Shown piece by piece: positions 46,901-60,312 of a stretch of 64,000 bases of DNA; the first letter of the stretch is position 1; each line of letters begins with the position of its first letter. The stretch is taken from NCBI GenBank assembly GCA_030141605.1, contig JAQGDQ010000131.1, positions 124,001-188,000 of the forward strand, given 5' to 3'. The stretch is from Tubiluchus corallicola (Eukaryota; Animalia; Priapulida). Under the pieces are notes generated by a model. It saw only the letters and a program-made list of their open reading frames with translations, was not told where the DNA came from and searched no databases. The translations under genes and the position numbers were made by a program.

Positions 46901-49900
46901 AGAATAGGACTAGGATAAAAGAGTACTCTAATGGCATTATTTATGTAATAGGCATTCTATACAAATTTACTGCCAAGACCCAATTTTTGATCCAGCACGA
47001 AGTGTAGGGTCCTAAATTTCTTGTTGTTGTCACTTTTATTTTTGAAACCCTTCACAGCCACGGTTTTCATAGTGAAATTTTGCATATTACGGAGAATTGC
47101 ACAGAAGTTAACGAGGCCCGATTTTTCACATTCCCCATATAGTCCTCAAATATGCCCAGCAAATGGATCTGTCCTATACAACGCACATTGTTAAGGTTTT
47201 TTTCATTCTAATGCACCAATGGATATGCATCTAAATTTTCACGAAAAAACAGATTCATGAAAACAGTAAAGGGTTCCCATGATTTTCTTACGGATGCTCC
47301 AAGAAATGGGCAAGTAAGAAGACATAGATCCAAGAACATTAGTGTTTCCACTCCAGGTAGGAATGCGATGAATTAAGCGTACCTGTACATCATATTATCA
47401 TCTGAATTTGGAAATGTAAACCGGTTCTTATAATTTGAGAAGTTGCTGCAAATAACAAAAAGAAACATGTATTAAGTATCAACTCTTTAGTAGCTGCAGC
47501 TACACACATTTTAGAAGCAAATCTGTGCAGGGTCATTTGGCGTTGAATTTGGAAACCAATGATAAAAATCACAAACCTAAATAACCAATGTTTGTGCTAA
47601 ATCCCCTAAACATCTAATTGACAAAGTCACAAAAGATTTTAGAATGAAGAAGTAGAGTTAACGTTGTCTTTCTGATAACAAATTTTTTCAAAATCAGAAA
47701 ACTTGGTAGTGTCTGTTGCCTTGATAAAGTGTAAGTAGAGGACATGAGAAATAAATTTTTGACTTCTAGCAAACGTACGTGTTGTGAATGTCCTTTAATT
47801 TTAGAAGTGAAGACACTTAAGCTAATTAAGCTAAAAAATACCAAAATCTTTTCAATAACTATTCAAAGAGTATCAAAAATACTGATTGTCGAGCAATTTT
47901 CATTGACAATGGAGTATTACAACATATCAAACAGTAATTTAAGCAGTGCGTGCTCATTAATGCTTCATTTTACAAAATCCAAGAATAAATGAGAAAACTG
48001 ACAGGTCACCGTTAAAGGTAAATACCTTCAAATATCTAGTGAAACAGCAATTTTTTCAATTCTCATGTAGATTACGATGTCATCAACTTACTCTGAAGTC
48101 AATTCATTTTCCATTTTGTCTAACACAAATTAAAATAAATTCAATCACTGAAAATCACGTAAAAATTTGATGAGATACCAAATAAAATTCTGTCTGTTTT
48201 TGCATAGTCACAGTGCAGTAACACTATATGCAGTGGTTCAGTTAATTTGGCGGTAAGTGGCATGACACTCAACACTGTTACTGTAACAATGTGCTTCATT
48301 CGTCATCGTCACCAGCCTTATCAAAAATGATGAAATCCTCATTCCTTTGTTTAATACCATCACCTAACTGGGTCACTCAACCACAATGTAAATAAATGTA
48401 TTAAAACATACTAGGTGGCTTCGTGGTTTCCAGGGCAGCCCATATAAGGAAGAATGGCCACAACTGGTTCTATCTCTCTTAAAAAGGCATCACCAACTCT
48501 GCCGTTATCCTGCAATGAAGATATTCTTTAACAAGAATCAGCAACAGCAGAGTCGCAATATCACAATGAATCATTAAGTTGTTAACTCTTCCTCGTGGAA
48601 AAGTAGGCACTCTTTAAAATCCATCATCTTGCGACAAATTTGGTCAAAAAAATGAAATTTATTTGCAGGCTTGAACTTGCAAGTAGCAACACAAGGCAAC
48701 ACTCTGACAACACAAGAAGAAATACAATTCTACTTAACAGCTAATTAAGGCTTGCTATCACATAAATCGTTAGTAAATAAAACAAATAACGATAGAAACG
48801 AAATAAAATACGTTCACAAAAATCATTTTTACATAGCCACAAACTAATTATAGGATCTATAATACTAATCGTTATTATTGCAAATGAAGAATGTAAAATT
48901 ATAAAAGTTACAGTTACACAAATGTTATTTTTAATTATTGTGACATGCCATCATCAATAAAATGCAAAGTTGTTTATACTTGTAAGTTACACATGCTGGA
49001 AAGTTGCAGATTACTCTAAACATGGCTGTGTTTATTTACAGTATTATTCTTGTTACTTGGCAAAGAATTTATTTTAGTGAAAATATGAAACAAAAAAACT
49101 CACTCACCCGAAATAGGTCATATGCAAAATCGCCTGTGAACAGAATTAGATTAGTTAAATTAAAACCTAACGAATTAGTGTTAATGCTAAAGTAGTAAAA
49201 CGTGTGCTTGCAAACCAAAACCGTCCATAAGGCAGGATAGCTAAAACTATGTTATGATGCTTCAAAAGTAGAATGCATCGAAAACTGGGTCAAATGTCAA
49301 CTTTTTGTTTTTTTACAAAAACAAAATTATGGTAAATATATCGGACTATTATAAGATAGGATCAAATCATCTAGAAAATGTTCAAAAATACTAAAAATTA
49401 AATTTTTTAACTCACAACTTTTGGCTAAAAACTAGCACTGTAATTGTGAAAAACTCGTATTTTCAAACTCTGAAAGCTCATTTTGTTTGCCAAGCCCAGC
49501 TCTCTGTCTGGAAAAGCCAGCTACTGGAATTAAATTTCACTTCGACGTGCTCTTGGAAATTCCATAGCAACCACCTTTCGTACGGTTGCTAAGTGTTTTA
49601 AAGAAACACGACAAAAAACAATGACAAACTTTAACAGGAATTTCCTCAAGATTATGTTTTCAGTATGCAGTGTGCACTTCAACTTCGACGTGGACTACCT
49701 CGTCTTAGAAATAAGATAGCGTATTGATTCTGAACTTGGCACCAAAATTGTCCTCGCAAAATGCAGATTCAGGACAAATGAATAATTAAAAAAGTTTAGT
49801 TGCTGACTAATGGACATTTTTGTTAAGAAGTAAAGAAATAGTTTTAAAAAGCATGATTTTTTTACTTTGCCTTGCTTCTTCAGGCCAACTTAAGATTTGA

Positions 49901-52900
49901 CCATAACTAGTATACAATAATAGTATTAACAAGGGATATTTATTAAACAAAATGTTTGTAGTCACAATCACTTTATAAAAACACTAAATCATATTATTAC
50001 TAATACAATGCAACTACAAAAAAATAAATAACAATCTTACTTAAAATACATCTGTACAAGAAGTTCTGGCCGTTTTTTGTTCTTAGATCAAAAATTCAGC
50101 CATTTTTTAATTACAAAAATTTCAAGTTTTGTTCTTCAGTGTCGGCAGTTTATGTAAAGGAAAAAGCTTTTGGTAGACGACTTTTGTCAAATAACATGTG
50201 AAATTTTTTACTAGCAATGCTTTCAAGTTAGATCCTGTGAACGCGTAAAATGTCTTAGCTATAACCGGATAAGTTCCTGGCCATTCATTTACTGGCAAGA
50301 TTTTGTATTACTTAACGTGAGCTAGTAAGCAAAACCGTAAGCACTCAGCTATTTCTCTTACCTTTATCCTGTTGTCTAGTTTCCAAAGCTACACAAATAC
50401 AGTAAATTACTGAAAAAATTAATATTTCACAATTGTAATAGGTCCACAATGAAACATACGTCTAATGCGAATACTAAATGTTCTTTTTAAAGGACAATAA
50501 CGTTAATTTTTGCCGGACTGTTCCAGCTTAGCATGTATTCAATGAAATTAAAATTGCATTGACAATAACTGCTTGAATAATTATTACCCATATGAAACAA
50601 AAAGTCAAAATGATGTTCTGCAGTCTGTCTTAGTATGAAAGGAAAGGTTTCTGCATTCTTGTATCCCATGTCTCCAATAACAGCAAATCGTAAAGGCCAA
50701 TCGTTGCCCATTGGAACCGTGTAGAAGTTGAAAACTTTTGTCCAGCCGTCAAAACCACCACAGCGATAGACTGTTAATTAAAGACAAACACTTGAATTTA
50801 TTAGATTTTTTTTAATTAGTATATGTCTATGCAGAAATAGGTCTACTAAACAGTTTTTGTAAATAATGGCAGAAAAATTAAATTAATTCGCAAAAATTCT
50901 CTTAAACCAAAACACTACACATATAAACAAAAACATTTCAGTTTTGTAGTACTTTTATTACAACAAAAACTAAAAACTGGTTTTCCCGGTTTTCCAGTTT
51001 GTAGCACATTGCAGTAATTTTGTTACCTTTTGTCAGCTGTACAAAAATGAATGCATCATATGTGTGCTTGCACAGCAAAAACATCCATAAGCTATGCAAT
51101 TAGCTACAATTAGTTAGTTAATTAGTGTGGCTTTTTTAGTTAGTCACACATCCTGATTCTCTATTTCATGCAAATCATTTTGATACCAATGTTATTGCTC
51201 TATGTTATTTATAACCTGAGATAATCCATATTGAAGTTGAAGTGCACGCTGCGCACTGAAAAACATAATCTTGAGAAAATCTCTGTTAAAGTTTACCATT
51301 GTTTTTTGTGGCATTTCTACAAAATACTTAGCAACCGCACAAAATGTTAGTTGCTATGGACTTTGCACCCAATTTTTGGTGCATTCTACTTTGAAGTATG
51401 ATAACGTCGTTTTAACTATGCCGACCAATGGATGCTTTTGGTTTGCAAACACACATACTTCCACAGTGACACTATCATCTCATACTACGAGACAGTATCA
51501 ACTGAAATAAGCCATTAGTTTTTCATGGTTAGATGGACAAACACCAGAAAACTTATAAGAGTGCCAGTTTTCCGTGGTTTTTTTAGCTAACACAAAAGAC
51601 AAAATGGATCCCTGAGCTACTGAGACCAGAGACCGATTTACACCAACTTTTGCACCATATGCCTTTTAGGACTCGCAATATAGCATTTAAGAGAAAGAAA
51701 AAAGCTTTTAACTTGTACTAATTAATACTATAAATTAACTCACAGTATTTAGTGTTTGGATTCAGGTTTTTTAAATAAACTCTATGAATAAACTCTTTTC
51801 TTTGTTCAAATCCCCCGTCCACAAACAGAGAGAATTTTCCCTCTGCAACAAAGCTCAAATTGGTTGGAGACAGTCCATATTCTACTAAAGAGTTTGATGT
51901 TTTTTGAAAAGTTGTCCAAGTAACTGCGATCTCCGATGACGCATTTGCTATAAAAAGAATAAGCAGTTGAACATTAGCTTGTTAAAAACATTAGAAAAGT
52001 ACATGATTATTGTTATTTACTTAAACAGGCAAATGCCATAGTGTATTCTTGTATTCTATTGTGTACTGAATTCACAATCACAACACCTTGTTTTACACTA
52101 GTTCTGCTACATCACATCTCGACTACTATTGTTTCATTTCATTAAATTATTTATTTTAGTCAATCAGTCTAACTCAACCCAACCCAAGGCAATCTAGTGT
52201 ACTGTAACCAAAGGTAAAATGTAGGTTGCATTCTGATTTTTTTACCCAAATATCTACCAAAATAATTTAAGCTTACTCAATTACGTATTGCACAAGAGCT
52301 TGTCAAAAATTCCACATTCAAATTTAAAATATAATTTCACTGCTGCTTTGCCAACATTATACACCTACAATACAATCTACTAAATACAATACAAGAAACA
52401 TGGCCAGTTGGTAAGCAATCAACAAACAAAACTTTTTATATTTTTTCCACTTCACCACTCCTTTTCGAAAAAACACAATTTATAGTGAAATAATTTGAAA
52501 AATAATAAAAAATTGTGCACCAGTATTATCATAGTATCTCAGAAACTATGAAAGAATGAACATATCTAAACAATGATGCAGAGAAGAGGAGAAAAGAAGA
52601 ATATATAATAAAAAAAGAATGTACGCAAGAGAAAAGGTGCAGTTCAATAAATATCAAGGCTGTAATTATTAGATCATTACAACCATACAGCTACTGCAAA
52701 ATTGGCTTCTTACAATAATTTACCTGCAGTTTTTCAGCTAACAACAATTCGGCTCACTAAGTATTAAAAATTTCTAGTAATCAATACAAAGACTGATAGA
52801 GAAGGTGACAGGGCCTTGCTGAAGTGGAAATTCTTGCTTAATTATAATGGTTTAATCACAATTAAGTAACCATAAAAACACTGTTTAAGGAAAACTTCTA

Positions 52901-53119
52901 ATATTTTTTTTGAAGATAAATGACAACAAAATATTAAACTAAATGATCTACAAAAATTCAGAAGTACAAAGACAAGGCAACTTTTTGAAAAGTGTAGTGT
53001 TTCTTACTGCCGAAGGCTATTCTCACTTGCTCAGGCTGGTTTTCAAATGAAGGAACATACTGTAACTTGTGGCTAGCCAATACCGGTAGAAAAAAACAAA
53101 TCATCCATTGATGCAACAT
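40922..53119 (-). CDS. ACP7: Acid phosphatase type 7 / purple acid phosphatase long form, 12 coding exons, 438 aa, with signal peptide
   Basis: Exons (minus strand): 53008-53119, 51744-51947, 50588-50770, 49108-49133, 48412-48509, 47383-47445, 46275-46392, 45878-45991, 43821-43946, 43168-43239, 42046-42180, 40922-40987. GT-AG, total 1317 nt. Has QPEQVRIA, an N-terminal FN3-like domain, and all five PAP metal-ligand blocks: GDMG, GDFAYD, GNHE, GHRPMY, AHEHSYER. Confidence 0.96.
42523..42823. mobile_element. Probable hAT-type MITE in an ACP7 intron
   Basis: CAGGGCGGGATTTTACC ... GGTAAATCCAGG ends, with internal GGGCCC and CCTAGG motifs. TSD not resolved. Confidence 0.45.
44644..44889. mobile_element. 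PIF/Harbinger-like MITE related to 17065-17518
   Basis: Shares GTTCACACTAGA, TTTGCTGTCAGAGAGAA and AGAAAACTC motifs with the kinase-intron element. Confidence 0.5.
45277..45351 (-). pseudogene. tRNA-derived pseudogene or SINE head
   Basis: Minus strand reads GGTGGTTTAGCTCAGTGGTAGAATGCTTG..., with an intact A-box/D-arm but no valid T-arm or B-box. Confidence 0.55.
46434..46496 (+). repeat. (GT)n/(GCGT)n microsatellite
   Basis: Directly visible. Confidence 0.9.
46787..46860 (+). repeat. Compound (AAT)n(AAC)n microsatellite
   Basis: Directly visible; it explains the spurious poly-I/V and poly-C/Y ORFs. Confidence 0.9.
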
Positions 53120-53453
53120 TTTAACGTTTTGATGTTAGGTAATACTGCAAAAAGAAAAATAATTATGAGCAGCAGTGTAGCTATGGTGGCAACTTTTTTT
53201 GATAAATATGAAACTAATGTTACACTGACTTTATTATGTAACTAATGCCATACTGAATTTATTATTCTATTGAATACTACTACAGCAGAGATTCTGTGGC
53301 TTTCATAAATTTTCATTAACTCATGCTAATACTGTACTTTTAAGAAAATATATGGACAAAGAAAACGTCTTAGAAAATAATAAAGTGAATATTGCATTTT
53401 AAATATTAATTGTTTGGTTAGACATGATAGGTGTTATTTATTTATTTATTCAA

Positions 53454-53586
<133 letters not shown>

Positions 53587-54267
53587 TTATTTATAAGTTT
53601 ATTAGTTTATCACCATTTTTAAAATAGCAAAATACATAACTAAGAGATTTTATAAATCTGTACAACATACAATAATATTACAAAGTGCAATTATTGATTA
53701 GTGGTGAAAGGGTGGCGAAAGAACTATAAGTTATCGAGGTCAGCCACCCTCTCAGGATTGTTACTAATATAATTAATTAGTTAATGTGCATGTACCAGGT
53801 AATTAAAAATGATCAGATTTTGCATTTAAGACGAATGAAAATTGAATTATTATACGAATGTGTTAGTTTATAATAAAATAATGTTCAATAATTGGAAAGA
53901 AGAGACACACGTGACTATCTTTAAATAACAATTTAATCATTACATATTTAAAATTAATGTTATGAGGACCTAGAGCTAAAGGAAGAAAAACATAATTTTC
54001 CGTTTGTAGCTAGCAAAAGTGGATAAACATGTATGTTTAGTCATGAAAAAATTCTTTAGGATTAGCGTTCATTACTGCATAATATTGAAGTCTAAAGATA
54101 TACAAAAGGTGTACCTTACCTCCATAACATACATTTGAGCTGCAATGCTTACTGAAAATGTAGTTGTCAGACATTATTTATTTTGCAAATGGGTAAATGT
54201 TACATTTTACACAACTGCAATCTTAAATTCGTTCATCTGTGTAATATTTACACAAATTATACTGCTT

Positions 54268-54586
54268 NNNNNNNNNNNNNNNNNNNNNNNNNNNNNNNNN
54301 NNNNNNNNNNNNNNNNNNNNNNNNNNNNNNNNNNNNNNNNNNNNNNNNNNNNNNNNNNNNNNNNNNNNNNNNNNNNNNNNNNNNNNNNNNNNNNNNNNNN
54401 NNNNNNNNNNNNNNNNNNNNNNNNNNNNNNNNNNNNNNNNNNNNNNNNNNNNNNNNNNNNNNNNNNNNNNNNNNNNNNNNNNNNNNNNNNNNNNNNNNNN
54501 NNNNNNNNNNNNNNNNNNNNNNNNNNNNNNNNNNNNNNNNNNNNNNNNNNNNNNNNNNNNNNNNNNNNNNNNNNNNNNNNNNNNNN
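54268..54586. other. Assembly gap (319 N)
   Basis: Run of N. Confidence 1.
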
Positions 54587-55019
54587 CCGCCCCGACTACT
54601 ACCTCTTGGGCAAATAATTGTTTTCTTATAAGTAAATGTTCTAGCGATCTATGTGTCCTACATGGGCTAGCGAGCAGTGTAGGACAATGCCCTACATGTT
54701 ACAATACTACTGATAATATTAAAACTAATTATCCTTGCTTTTCTTAAATGTTAAAAATTACTTTTTTACCAACAAGTTTTTTACCAACCAACAAGCACAA
54801 TTTTTAATAAAATGAAGAAACTTTCACAGAATTTTCAAAAATTTGACAAAATTACCGATTCTCGACAAAAATCGCTAGTGTCCTACTTGGGCTGCCCATG
54901 TAGGACACTACTTTTAGCTCATCGGTTTTACCGGAAGTGGTCTACTTGGCTCAGTGGTCAACTCGGCTCCCAACATTATATATAAAAGTAGTATAGTAGA
55001 AAAAGAAGCGGAGACTCAC

Positions 55020-55430
55020 GTATTCTTAGTGCATGTCCAATCCAATCCAATTACTGTATTTGTTTACGCCAAGGATTCTTCTTGGCCACATCATACAGAT
55101 CATCAATGGATATCCTGTCAGGTCATTTAATTCCTAGTAATTTTCTATAGAAACGCCTTTGAAAAGTGTTCCACAGATGTGTGTCATGCTCTTAACAACA
55201 ACCGCTCCAATACGGGAAATCACTAACTGCTCCTGTACTTACGTAGTCTTGGCACTCTTCTCAGGCTCAGCGACCACATTTTGTGAACTTCGTGAATCTT
55301 CTACACTCATTTCATCATCAACGACTGAATTACCGCGTTTAAATGCGTTACAGTAGCTCTCTAATGATTTTAGAAGCCTCTTCATTTCACTTGCACTGTG
55401 GATCGCTAGTCTCTCGCTGTCCAATTAGAA
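55020..55430 (-). mobile_element. Decayed RTE-like LINE RT C-terminal region
   Basis: Minus-strand remnants LAIHSASEMKRLLKSLESYC (region after the YADD motif) and FQRRFYRKLLGIK*PDRISIDDLY ... WIGHALR, typical of RTE-clade ORF ends. May extend to about 56300. Confidence 0.6.
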
Positions 55431-56738
55431 AGGAAACTTAAAGTTAAAAAAGTCACCCATAAACTGGCATGGTATCAGGGTGCTTTATTTAAAAGTGCCG
55501 CCCTCCATAAAGCGTCTGAGTCTTAAATATTATGTACTACAGCAACAGCCAATAATAAAATAAACCACCTTTAAAGTCCATCACTTTTACACTTTAGACT
55601 TTATAAAAAGCTAGTGCTTCATGTTGCAAGCTAATAATATAAGTAAAAATTCTTCAAATACAGTTCTAGAAACTCTTTTAGCACCTGCCAGCAATAAAAC
55701 AGAGTCACCTTTGGCTGTTTTCTTAATCTCTGTTCTTAATAACTCCAGCCCCTTCCCCGAGTTTTGGGACGTGACTAGACAATTAACTCTATAAAGTTGT
55801 GAAATTAATCTAATGACTTTGTTTATTTAGCGGCATTCTGGGCACTAGTACTGCGCACATTGTTCATAATAAAACATAATAAATTAAAACAGAAAGAGAT
55901 AAAATAAAATGAAATGAAATGAAAGTAGCTAATGCACAACTTCTCTGTTTGACTATTTGAGCAGTTGTACTCATTGTGTGGATTCTTTCTCCCCACACAT
56001 TTTTCGGTTTCTGCCCACTCTTTCTCAAAAAGGCCTGATGTAACTCATCACGGGCTTCTAGCAATACTACCCGCTATCTTTTACGGAAAGCCATTAATTT
56101 TGACTGTTTTTCTATGGTGTCTGTACACTGAAGATTGGAGGCCAGTCGTTTCTCGTTTGTTGGTATATAACGCTAGTTTATACATTAATTTATTTTCAGT
56201 TACACTGCCCAGCAAACGTACATTCTGTGTCTTTTCAATATTTTTACACCATCTCAAAAACGTTTGCAAAATTGACTTCAGTTTATGGTTTCAGAATTGT
56301 GTTTAAAACGCTTGGTCGATTTTCATAAAATACTATGTAAAACTAATTATCTTCAAATTATGCGTATTAATTAATTTGCAAATTATTCATCTCGTAAAAG
56401 AAAACAACAGCAAAACATTTTTGAAAAATCTTTATAACTTTACAACAAAACGTTCTTGAGACATTTTAAAAATATCAGGAAAACGTTATTTGTTGTTTTT
56501 TTTCGGGGGGGGGGGGTTATAAGTGCAATAGCTGCTCACCAAAAATTTAAAGCCGGTGCAAGGATTACCCTAACAGCAGCAGAAATTTAATTATAAATAA
56601 TATTAATATCAACGTTACTATTAATGATGCTATATGTAACATTCGAGTCATGAAATTCTTTGCTAGCCCACAGGGCCTCGAACTTGGGTCGGGCAACTTA
56701 AGTCAAGATGGATTGCTGAACGGGTCGGTGACTTTAAA

Positions 56739-57690
56739 TGTTAAAGAGCAACAATGTTTATTTGAATTCTAAGGCAGTTACAAGCGCAGGAGGGGTCGGT
56801 CCGTCCTAAAGTACAGAGAATGGGCCAATGGTGATACAGTGTGAACGGAAACGGTAAACACAACAAAGTATAAATAAACAAACTGTTGGCCATAGGTTTA
56901 ACATTTTAATTGGCATAATTAATTAATTAATCCAAAACAATAAACAAAAACTTACAACTTGCACTAGAACAGCGGGGTACCCCTCATTTAATATCAGTCT
57001 GCTAGCGTTTCACGTAGCGGGACGTCTCCCGTAAAGTTCCGGGGTTTTCACACTTAGGTGGCTGGAATCACTTTACTAACAGCCTCGTCGGCAACGGCGA
57101 CTGCACCAATGTTCCCCTCGCCTGACTGGCTTAATGAGATTAGCGGACGATGACAGACCACCGAGATTCTCCTGACGTCCTCTCCTCCTAAAGAGTCAGG
57201 TACCAGGCTTTCAGAATGTATATAAGTCTACTTTTGTGCCGTTTTGCTAGAAAACTTCACCATCATGGAAGCATGCCCATCACAGGAAAATGTCATTTGC
57301 CAAATATCAGGCGTATGGCTCACGTTCTGTCTACGCAAGATAATGACTGGTAGTGTGAACAATTCAATCCACGTAGCTATTGCAAGTCATGAAGTTGATT
57401 ATAAAAGTATCCGAAGTGACGTCTTGTCGGCCAACGCCCCGACAAATACAAAACCAATTGGCCAATCTCCGTAACCTCGCGGAATAATCTGCACCTCTCA
57501 TGTCATACCTGTCGTGACCCAGTTAATCATCCAATCACAGCGGTACTATAGGTATGAGATCATGAAGCCAGAATACGGTCCAAAAAGTTGAACTGTAATA
57601 TTTCTTTGTTGAACTCCCAATAGGTGGAGCCACCAGTTTATAACGTTTACCAAATTCGGTTAATTAGTTATTAATGACAGGTTCAATACA
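56739..57690 (-). mobile_element. Possible LTR-like element
   Basis: GC-richer block bounded by TG...CA. On the minus strand, CCAAT boxes (~57455, ~57531) precede TATATA (~57220) and AATAAA lies ~20 nt from the 3' end. No TSD found. Confidence 0.3.
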
Positions 57691-57831
57691 ACACATTCAG
57701 ATATAGCTAATAGTTTTTTCGAATGCCACGTAAACGTGTTATTACAGTTAAATGGCTATTCGTTTTAATCTGCTAAATACGACCGTGACACTATACAAAC
57801 CCACAATTAATATTTATTAGATTATTGTAAA

Positions 57832-58005
57832 GTTGGAACGCAGCTGGATCTAAACCCGGATCTTCTGCTTACAAAGCAGACGCCATAACCGTGTTATGCA
57901 ACGATTATGACAGTTCAAAATTTATATCTTCATCGCTGTGGAATACAGTAGTCTAGCGGTTAAGCAATATGTCTTGTAAACCAAGGTCCCAAGCTGTGTT
58001 CCAAC
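57832..58005. repeat. Two divergent tRNA(TGT)-derived units forming an inverted repeat
   Basis: The minus copy has anticodon arm TCTGC-TTTGTAA-GCAGA. The plus copy has A-box TAGTCTAGCGG, loop CTTGTAA and stem GGAATACAG/CTGTGTTCC. Both end in AGCTGYGTTCCAAC. Confidence 0.55.
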
Positions 58006-59302
58006 AATGTTTTCTACGTATGGTTTCAAAAATGCAATTAATTGCACTATCGGTATCAGAATGTTATTAATATTTGTTCATCTAACCATTCCTGCATGGG
58101 CGCGATAAGCCTAGAGAAGAAATTTCAATTAAGGCTGTGTTTACATTTAAGCTGTCATTTAAATGTAATAAATAAAGTACAAAGGATTTAAGTCCACTTA
58201 AACTGTTTCTTGTTTACTGACGTACTTGAATATTAATTTGTAATATTGGTGTTGTTTGTTTACTTATCAATGTAATACAACTGAGTCGATTGTAATTTGT
58301 CGAGTCACATAATTTCTACATCCGTTAAATGGGATACGTTAAATTGAAGACCAGACAACTCTAAGGATGAGGTGGTATCTCGTTCTGTTTCATGAACTGT
58401 GCATTATTGACATATTGTCAGTACTTGATATATAAGTGTACTGAGGATTAAACAAATAATCATGTATTAAAAGCTATATAATAGAGATCCGTGAAATGAT
58501 AAAAATACAAGGACGTAGCTATTACCGTGCCAGACAGTCTTAGCCATGCGATGGTCAGTCACTGGTCATTTCTATAAGTTGTTTGCGCAGCTCACACTAT
58601 GCGTATAACGGCTTCTTTGCGTACCAGTCAACGCAACCAAGGCTCAACCGGTGGCTTCTTTTGATAGTTTATCCGTGCGTGACACGCGTCATGCAACTGG
58701 AGTGAAAGTTAGCAAAACTTTCAAGTTTTACAATAAAAGTTCTATAGAGTTATGATTATTTATGAATAAAATAATGTGGATTTGATCGACACTGTGAAAA
58801 GTAAGTAAATACAGCGCAATTAAACCAAACAGTTCAGTTTGTCTAACTGATTAATGCTTAATGATGTGAATACTTCCAATTTTCGTGCTAATTAAAAATT
58901 TAATAAAGCAGCTGTGGTAAACAACGTTTAGAATCGCAGTTTTAATTTATATGCACAAAAAATTAACAACTACCTTGTATTAAGCACAATTTGTAATTTT
59001 TCTGGTTTAACGTGAAAAACTGATTTAAGTTGCTTTACAATGGTTTCTAAAATTAAGCCACGTCTAAATAACTTTATTTATAATTAATTTGCAATTTTAT
59101 TTATCTCTTGGGCTGGTATAACAATATCTGAACATAACAGACTACATATAATATCCTACAATGCCTGTTACTATTATAATATTTTTAGTTCAATGAAGAG
59201 TCATAGTCATGTATGAAACCGACCACATGCAGGTGTCAAATTTAGTTTTTCGCAAAAAAGCTACCAGTTTATGACTGGCTAATTTTACCATGTCTTTTAG
59301 AG

Positions 59303-59430
59303 GAATAAAGCGTTGAATGTCCTTTACAGTCTCACAATAGATTATTCGAGCCTCACCGGCCGAAAGCTCCTGAAATAAATAAACAATCTATCGTGAGATG
59401 AGACTGTAAAGTGCATTCGACGTTTTATTC
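59303..59430. repeat. Long imperfect inverted repeat (hairpin, MITE-like)
   Basis: gaataaagcgttgaatgtcctttacagtctcacaatagatt pairs with aatctatcgtgagatgagactgtaaagtgcattcgacgttttattc. Confidence 0.7.
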
Positions 59431-60312
59431 ATGTTAAAGATAACAAGTCTCAGGAGAGCACTTCAATATATTAATGTTTCTTGAACTTTATCTAGAGATA
59501 GCCTTCTCACTAGTGGCTTAAAGAACAACAAAACATTTATTATTTTTTTCTATTTGAATCCACGTGTCACTAAAAGACCATTACACAAATTTAATAATGC
59601 CCTGATTATTACCTTGAAATTTTAACTTTGACGAAGTACCTCATTTTACAACTCTACAGTAGTCTAGCTTTTGACTGTTTTTTGCAAATTACACAAAAGT
59701 GTTGACGTTTTTGAATTAAGTGTGTACTCTGGTCATTGCTCTATTCGCATTTTTCGAAATAAAATCTGCTGGTTTCCTGCCAAACGTGTCACTTATCAAC
59801 AGGCAAACAGAACAACAATGCCTTACTCGTTTTTCGTTAGTTATTAGATACAACCTAAGCTCTTATGAAGTGCTAGTTTTAGTGTTTAAGGTATGCGTTT
59901 TACATTATGGCGAAATAATTTGAATTTTTATTTTGCCCTTGAAATTGTCTAAAAATATTATTTTGACTTAGGCCTATTGCTATTGTGCCCAGAGCTCATT
60001 CTGATCATCTGGAAACTTGGTCACGTAATCGCAGACGTTACAGTCAAAACTTATTTTCTTTCGCTAACAAAATTCTGCCTGAAACAACATAAAATCTGAT
60101 GACGAGAAAATGGTTTGTCTAATGCTTTCTGTACTGTTTGATAAGAAATTCAAAATGGTAAAGTGCGATAGAGTTAAGTGAATTTGGTAATTCCTAGAAA
60201 GACAGTATTTGCTTCTAGAATTTTGCACTATAGAGCTTAAAACGTTTTTGTCGAGCCATGGAGGGAGGGAGGTAGTGGAGAGAAAGACAGTTTTCTAATA
60301 CTGTTGAGGGTA

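Noticed and set aside
46506-46937. 143-aa hydrophobic ORF resembling a membrane protein
   Set aside because: The hydrophobic run comes from an (AAT)/(AAC) microsatellite inside an ACP7 intron.
54145-54747. ORFs of 200 and 144 aa
   Set aside because: Artefacts of reading through the N gap.
55243-55417. Apparent internal exon (AG...GTAAGT) of an unknown minus-strand gene
   Set aside because: No phase-compatible neighbouring exons were found, and adjacent frames show stop-containing RTE-like RT remnants.
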